From the NCBI GenBank assembly GCA_964016885.1, contig OZ024745.1, positions 62,620,001 to 62,684,000 on the forward strand: a stretch of 64,000 bases of DNA, read 5' to 3'. The translations under genes and the position numbers were made by a program. Under the pieces are notes generated by a model. The model did not search any database. It had not been told where the DNA came from and worked only from the letters and a program-made list of their open reading frames with translations. The DNA is from Eledone cirrhosa (taxonomy: Eukaryota). This document shows positions 56,698-64,000 of this stretch, piece by piece (the first letter of the stretch is position 1; each line of letters opens with the position of its first letter).

Positions 56698-58896
56698 AAT
56701 AATAACAATATAGATAAAAACGTAAATAGAGATAATGTATATGTGTGGGAATGAAACCTGGAAGCAATTTCAAGAATTATGTCCTTACGTCATGAGTAGT
56801 GATATCCAAAGCAAAATAGTTAAACAAATCCTTTCAGATACGCGGAATAAACACATAGTAGTACCACCATGTATTTGAAGCATAGGAGAATTAAATTCAC
56901 CCACCCGGAAAACATAAATCATATGAAACAAAGAAAATAGCACTGCAAAAGATATATATTCGGGGAGTTTTTCCTCGGCAATGCAGAGAATACAGAAATA
57001 TGAAATAATAATAATTTTTATAAAAGTAAGAAAATAATGGTTATTTTCTAATTTTCCTGTTGCTATTGCAATACAGGTAGTTTTAAATAAAGTAATAATC
57101 ATAATAACACTAAATCAAACAATAAACTTATGCAAATTATTGCAATTTCTATCCCAAACATTACGACTAACAATGGTATGATTTTCAGTCACAAAACGTT
57201 TTAACCCATAAGAAGTATAGTAAGAAATAAATATATATTTCTTCACGAAATCTTCATCAAAATAGATCTGAATTCCCTAAATATTGCACATATCCTATTT
57301 TCGCTGCAAATAATATCTTCCTCGAAGTGTAAGCATAGTGATGCAGAAGTTACAACCTCAAAATATTAATGCAGCATTGATAGGATTAAACAATGCATGT
57401 TTTCAATAGATAGAAATAATTTAAAGAATTTTGCAGTAATGCAGAAACGAAGCCCCTAGTGTAATGTGATGCAGAAATAAAACACTAACAGTTTAGAGCT
57501 CAGTCGTTTTCGATGAATGTGGTGAGAAAATAAACTACCCCACAGTCAATCACCATGATACAACAACATATTTAGGGAACTCTTTTCATTCCAAATGTTA
57601 ATCCATCTTTGTCTCCGTGCATTCCTTGATGCATTGTTTAAGATATAGCAATCATAGAATGACCCTATTTTTGCTATATAATTCAAAGATATCATGAAAG
57701 TCAACCGAAGATCGACACCTCAGTTAAATAAAGATATCCAATGAATAATTGTCAAAAAGCTACGGTGAATGAGAGTGTAAACACAATATGAAAGACGCAA
57801 AAATGAACCGTAAAGACCTATATATAATAATATAGAGGAACAAATGTATACATGTGATTCAATAGAATATGAAACTGAGAAAATATGACAGGTGAGAGAA
57901 TATGAAACTTATGTACCCATATCTATCACACTTTTATATAAAATACATATATATCTCATTCTGATATCATGTCGAAATATTATAGGGAATATATTTAAAT
58001 TATTGCCAAATGTTTACGTTAGGTTTAGGACGCCAGTACATAGAAATCAGAAGGAAACTTGTATGAAATGCTTAAGGATTATTTGTTGAATAAAAGTTTT
58101 TAAAATCGGTCTGATTCGCAAAGTTAAAGTTAAACACCAAAAGCAGTCAACATACTACAGAATGAAAAAGCCAAGCCATGTCACTTACCAGGCATACCTA
58201 TAAGAAAAATGCAAACATTTGAAAATATCTCCATAGCAAAAGATTTTACCAACCAAATCAAATGTAATGCAGAAAGTGCAGAACTAACAGGACAATTTCC
58301 AGTCATTATGTAGCTATCCTCTTCAGCATTATGCCAAGGTACCAACTGAGGAGTAGCACATACAGCCACTGCAACGTGTCACTAAAATTATCAAGTCACT
58401 ATACACTAACATATTAGAGTCTAATGTGATAAGATTAAAGTAAGCATCATGATGGTATTAAAATTGAAAGCAGAGTAGGTTCAACTAAATACAATATACT
58501 TAGGAATGCACTAGAATGAATAAATTGATATATTTAATCTCGTTATCAAAATCTATTATTTCCAATTTAAATTCATGGCCACAAGTTTGTCAACCATATA
58601 TCCAATTATATCAAAATAAATTCTTAACAACAATCTCTGGTTTTATTGATTTCTAAATGAACAAAAGCAAAATAAATTACCGTGAGGTTTGAACTCAAGA
58701 CAGCCTGGATGACTTAAAAATATACTTCAATGCATTCTGTACGGATTAAGGCAATTCGCCGTTTTCGGTAGGTAATAAAAATATTTTTAAGGTAGACATA
58801 CCAGAAACGTTTGCACATTGTGTAGCGTCCAGAATAAAGCAATATAAGACATTTAGATAATCAAATGCAATAGTAAGTCAGGTGTGGTTGTTTGTT

Positions 58897-58979
<83 letters not shown>

Positions 58980-59462
58980 CTGCGGTTCAAGCGGGGGTAA
59001 CCACACTCAGTAAGGTACTCAATACAAAGCAGAATATAAGTATTTAATATAGAAATCGCATCTACCAGACAAGAACTGTTACATTCGAAGGAAATTATCA
59101 GGAAAGCCGACTGTCAATGTGTTATGGTTGTATTTATACATATACTGGTGGTAGAGGAAGGTGGGGATGGGATGATTTGAGGTAATTGGTTAATGAATTT
59201 AAAGAATCGGATTCTGTGAAACAACTATACTTAGAGAAATATACAGAGTGATACAGAATGAAACAAATGGAGGCACTCCTAATTTTCAAGGTTCATTTAT
59301 TCTAAGCAAACAAAGATTTGCATTAAGTCGTTGTATTAACATGGTGTGTTAAAGTCTGCAAAATGGTCAGGCGTTTACTATCATACACACACACGCACAC
59401 ACAAACACACTCACACCAATGTATACACACACACACACACACAGACATATATATATATATAA

Positions 59463-59529
<67 letters not shown>

Positions 59530-59555
59530 TGTAATAAACAACATAAGGCAATTAT

Positions 59556-59613
59556 TCCATTTACCAGTGGTTTCTTAAAAGCAAAAAATGTTGCTTTCAA
59601 TCCTCAGAATGAA
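59556..59613 (-). ncRNA. Type I hammerhead ribozyme
   Basis: TTCATT-CTGAGGA-TTGAAAGCAA..TTGCTTTTAA-GAAAC-CACTG-GTA-AATGGA. Confidence 0.85.
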
Positions 59614-59710
59614 CAAATCCTGGTCTGTTTATTGAATTTGGATTTTAAAATCAAAAATCTCGGGTTATTGTTTTTAAAATCCAAATTCAATAAACAGACC
59701 AGGATTTTTT

Positions 59711-59764
59711 CATTCTGAGGATTGAAAGCAAAATATTTTGCTTTTAAGAAACCACTGGTAAATG
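59711..59764 (+). ncRNA. Type I hammerhead ribozyme (mirror copy)
   Basis: CATT-CTGAGGA-TTGAAAGCAAAA ta TTTTGCTTTTAA-GAAAC-CACTG-GTA-AATG. Confidence 0.82.
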
Positions 59765-59854
59765 CCTTATGTTGTTTATTACATAACTATTAAGCTCTAT
59801 TACCTACATAGAGCACTCTTTTTTCCTGGACTTTTCCGACGGAATTACTTCATT

Positions 59855-59896
<42 letters not shown>

Positions 59897-59968
59897 GTAA
59901 TAATAATAAATTTGAAGACTAAGATCTAAAGAGGGCTCGATAAGGATAAATATATATCAAATATATAA

Positions 59969-61699
59969 GTACCTGTAACTAAGGATTACCGTAAAACTAA
60001 TCGGAGCGTCATTAATGAAATCAACGACGCTGGGTTTGAAATCACCTCTGATCTCAACATCCTGGACCGGGCTGAACCTCTGGACCATATTTCTCCCCAC
60101 TTTACCCTGAAGGATCACAAATCCAATTTTCCGAACAACCCCTCTATTCGGCTTATCAACCCTACGAAGGCCGATTTAGGTAGACTTAGTAAAAGGATTC
60201 TTGATAGAATTATACCTGAAATTGTAAGTGTGGCCCCTCTTGCACTGTGGAACAATTCTTTCGCGGTGATTGATTGGTTCAACGGCATATGCAACAAGGA
60301 GCATTGCCGTTTTATCCAATTCGACGTCAATAATTACTACTCCTCCATCACTTTACCACTTCTCCTTAGAGCTTTCAATTTCGCTAAAACACTCACAGTA
60401 GTTAAGGATTTCGAAGATGATGTCATCCTTAATGCCCGTAAGTCGGTGATTAATTTCGACGACTCTATTTGGATAAAAAAATCTAATAGTACCCCATTCG
60501 ACGTGAGTATGGGCGCCAGCGATTCTGCTGAGGTTACTGATCTTATCGGCCTTTTCCTTCTTTTCTCTATCAAGGAAGAATTCCCCAACGTGGGCGATGG
60601 TTTGTACCGTGATGATGGTCTTTTGACCATGACTAAGTGCGGCCCACGTGCTTGCGACAGGTTCAGAAAATAACTCACAGCCTTCTTTAAACGCTTCAAC
60701 CTCTCCATACAGTTTGAGGCCAACCTCTCGGTGGTTAATTACTTCGACGTTACCCTCAATTTATCGAATGGCTTGCATTACCCGTATAGAAAGCCAAATA
60801 ATACGCTTATTTACATAAGTAAGCATTTTAACCATCCTGCCAGCATGACCAAGAACCTGGTAAGAAAGGTTTCTTTGAGGCTTTCCCGTCTATCTAATAA
60901 CGAGCATAAATTCAACGACCATTCCACATATTACAATGAAGTTCTTGCTCGGAGTAGATTTGTCGATTAGGTATCATATACAGAGTACGAGAATAAACCT
61001 AGAAGAAATAGATCCCGACGCATTATATGGTATAACCCACCATATAATATGGAGGTGGCCACACCATTAGCTAAGATCTTTATCTCCCTTATTAGGAAGC
61101 ATTTTCCCCCTACACATAAATATAGTAAAATTTTTAATAGAAATACTATTATAATTTCTTACTCTACGACTCCTAACCTTGCACATAACATCACAGCTTC
61201 AAATTTAGCTAACCTACCCAGCCGTAGTAACACGTGCATCCCTGTATTTAGTACTAACTGTAATTGTAGGAATCGGGTTGACTGCCCCCTATCCGGGAAA
61301 TGCCTCTCTAGTAACATTGTCTACAAATGTAAGGTTGAAACACCCACGTCCCGTAGGGCCTACATAGGATTAACCGCCAATAGATTCAAGCAGCGTCTTT
61401 ACAGTCATACCCATTCTTTTCGTTACCCTTTAAGAAGGAATATGACGTCACTTTCAGCTTATATCTGAAGTCTAAAAGATGACCACACACAATATAAGTT
61501 ACACTGGGAGATCCTAGTTAGGGCTAGATCGTATAACGGAAATAAAAGACCATGTGACCTCTGCACCGCTGAGGCCCCGGAAATAGTCTACGCCAAAGAC
61601 CGCATCTTAAACAAAAAATCTGAGGCATTTTCGGCTTGTAAACATAAATTGCACAAAACTTTCCTGTATTACAGCCCCACATTATACCCTAACGGATAG
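59969..61699 (+). pseudogene. Naiad-type Penelope-like element ORF (RT + Cys linker + GIY-YIG), 5'-truncated, one frame with three premature stops
   Basis: TLKDHK, RLINP, FIQFDVNNYYSSI, FDVSMGASDSAEVTDLIG, GLYRDDGL, WYNPP, CNCR..CPL..C, IVY..AYIG, CDLC. Stops at 60671, 60968 and 61466. A TG-rich 3' UTR runs to ~62400. Confidence 0.93.
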
Positions 61700-62379
61700 T
61701 ACGAACTATACGCGGATATTTTACGTCTTGATGTGGTAACTAAGTATATGTTATGTTTATACCATTACTTATTTGTATAGGTAAGTATATATTACCTGTA
61801 TGTTTGGTGAAGGTATGTATACTTTCTCGTACGTATACTTGATTTTATATGTTATGGCGTATATATTACATATTCTGGTACATATGCTTTTGGTTATGTG
61901 TATACGTGAGTTTTGCGTCTGTGTGAGTATGCGGGTTCGTACGTGTGTAGGGTCTGTCTATATGTGTACTTCGTGTTTTGGTTGAAGTAGTTTCCGAACA
62001 TATGTGTATTTACATGTAGGTATCTGTGCGCGCTTGTTATAAATGTATTTATTTATATACGTTTATTTAATTATATGTATGCACGCGCACACACACACAC
62101 ATATATATTTATATTTTTTTTTTCATATATATTTTTATGTGTATTTGGTGTATACATTCGTATGCCTGTGGGTACAGGCGTTGCGTGGGTTCTGTATGTG
62201 CGTGTGGTTTTTTTTTTGCTTTTTTTAGTGTACGTGCGTGTATTTGTATATCTTGGCGAGTATTTCCGCGTATGCTTGTGTATGTACGTATATGGATGCG
62301 TGTATGTATTTATTTAATTTCAATTACCTCTGTATTTTATTTACTTTATTCTTAACTCTGAAGCCGAGAACCATTCGAT

Positions 62380-62765
62380 TTCCTAGTTAGAATTTTACTC
62401 TACGACTTCAGTTATACCATTTACGTGGTTTTGTCTTTGCGTGCAATTATTCTCCCCGCTCCACATATGACGTATTATCTTCGTTCTTTGTTCGTTCATT
62501 GCCAGAGAACGTCTCTATGAACCACCTAATAGAATATTAGTGTACGACATCTTTTATACCATAATCGTGGTTTTGTCTTTGCGTGTAATTGTTTTTTATC
62601 GCTCCAAATAATTGTTTCTACTTTAGGCACAAGGCCAGCAATTACCCAGTGCATTACTGGTACTTTATTTTATCGACCCCGTAAGGATGAAAGGCAAACA
62701 AATAATGACGTATTATATTCGTTTTTTCCCGTTCTTTGCCAGGGTACGTTTCCACGAACCAAAGT
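62380..62765. repeat. ~145 bp tandem duplication interrupted by a truncated SINE (62608-62697, minus)
   Basis: TACGAC..TATACCAT..CGTGGTTTTGTCTTTGCGTG and ATGACGTATTAT..GCCAG each occur twice. Confidence 0.7.
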
Positions 62766-62944
62766 ATCGTCTTCCTATCTTCCTCCGGTTGCAACGATTT
62801 TTGAAATATAGACTTTGAAATATTCACGTCCAGTAGGTATATTGGTGTTGTACTAGGCTGAGTGTAATAATAATAAACTAATAATAATAATCAAGGGCGT
62901 TGCCCCAGCATGGCCTCACCCAGATGGCTGGAAAAGGTAAAAGA

Positions 62945-63002
<58 letters not shown>

Positions 63003-63357
63003 GGGAAGAAAACGCACATGGTGGATATATAGTTATGGAAACGCTCCCGTAAGTTTTTGATTTTTACTTATTTAAAACAACTGTGATAGAATAATTCTTA
63101 TTACAAATGAAGTATAATATTACAGTTTAACGCTCAGCAAGCCACAACGCATCACATTACGGTATAGGGCCCCAATATTTAATATTTAATTTTGGATCAG
63201 AAATGTTATAGCCGAAAAATAGAAAAATGGCAAAAATGGCTAAGTGGACAGGCAGGAAAATAATTTCATCACCACTACCAAGCCAAAAGCTCTAGTCAAG
63301 GTACCTCAACTTCTATTTCTACTTCAACTTCAACACCATCACTACAGTACTACGATC

Positions 63358-63506
63358 ACATCACCACCACCACTGCCTCATTATCGCTACCGCCGCTATT
63401 CTCTCCCACTACCTCCTGCTAATTACTACTAGCAAAGCACCACCTCCACCACCACCACTGCCTCATTATCGCTACCGCCGGTAATCTCTCTCACTACCTC
63501 CTGCTA
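63358..63506. repeat. ~87 bp tandem duplication, C-rich
   Basis: CACCACCACCACTGCCTCATTATCGCTACCGCCG..CACTACCTCCTGCTAA occurs twice. Confidence 0.75.
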
Positions 63507-64000
63507 AGACAGGCATCGTAGTATCCCTACTAAAAAAGGAAGGCATCAAAAGATATAAATAGACTGATTTGATGACCCGGTCAAAAAATCAAAAAACCAA
63601 AAATAAAAATAAAAACAGCACAGCAGCAACGAAAAACGTAAAGAAAAGAAAAAAGAAAAGAAAAACAAATAGACTGAGAAGAAAAAAAAAAACTAAGTCA
63701 GACATTCAAACATTACATTACAATGAAACTTATGCTTATTCTTTTTTTTTTTTTTACCTATTTGTTTGTTTGTTTATTTATGTTCGTCTACGGCGTGATA
63801 GTGCCACACTAAAATCACCGGGGGTGATGAAATCAGCGGTGGTTATGTAACCATACATTCACCAATCCTCGATAAGAATGTTTAAATGTCGAACCTAAAC
63901 AGTTCAGATAACGGTGAAGTGGAGACTGGAATGTCATGTGACAGATTCACACCCAGCAGATGCTCCCTGGCTCAGCAGCAGGGACCTGGCTGTCAACCAA

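Larger units (their letters stand above)
59523..59835. mobile_element. Fold-back hammerhead element between microsatellites
   Basis: Arms 59523-59651 and 59673-59790, each carrying a hammerhead. Confidence 0.85.

Noticed and set aside
59060-59105. Minus-strand hammerhead (CTGATAA..GTAAC..GTC)
   Set aside because: Two core changes and poor stems. A possible relic only.
61466-61468. In-frame TGA as selenocysteine (some Naiads are selenoproteins)
   Set aside because: It aligns to a conserved Trp (W in the 13.6 and 31.1 kb copies), not Cys, and TAA and TAG stops also disrupt the frame.
62350-62392. Hammerhead at the 3' end of the + strand Naiad
   Set aside because: Position and a possible stem I fit, but both core boxes are broken (CTGAAGC, no GAAA).
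63900-64000. GC-richer end of window as an exon
   Set aside because: Truncated by the window edge, with no recognisable protein or splice signal.

Overview
AT-rich eukaryotic DNA that is intergenic or intronic and saturated with microsatellites. The SINE types and repeat style suggest a cephalopod (octopus); this is inference. No intact host gene is visible, and almost all long ORFs in the track are microsatellite artefacts. Recognisable content: decayed Penelope-like retroelements (PLE) of Naiad type, with an RT carrying YRDD, a Cys-rich linker and a C-terminal GIY-YIG endonuclease; many RTE LINE fragments; tRNA-derived SINEs; and one internally deleted Tc1/mariner. The main signal, found by reading and folding by hand, is about 13 sequence-unrelated short non-coding elements. 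Each carries a type I hammerhead ribozyme (stem I-CUGANGA-stem II-GAAA-stem III-UH-stem I), usually with a palindromic stem III. Nearly all sit in (TA)n tracts, arranged as partial tandems (323, 432-438 and 566 bp monomers) and/or fold-back palindromes whose axis can fall inside the ribozyme. One Naiad copy ends in such a hammerhead next to (TA)n, and one Naiad RT fragment is fused directly to a hammerhead element. Together this suggests a PLE-driven, microsatellite-targeting family of retrozyme/pseudo-LTR RNAs. No ribozyme activity or database match has been tested.
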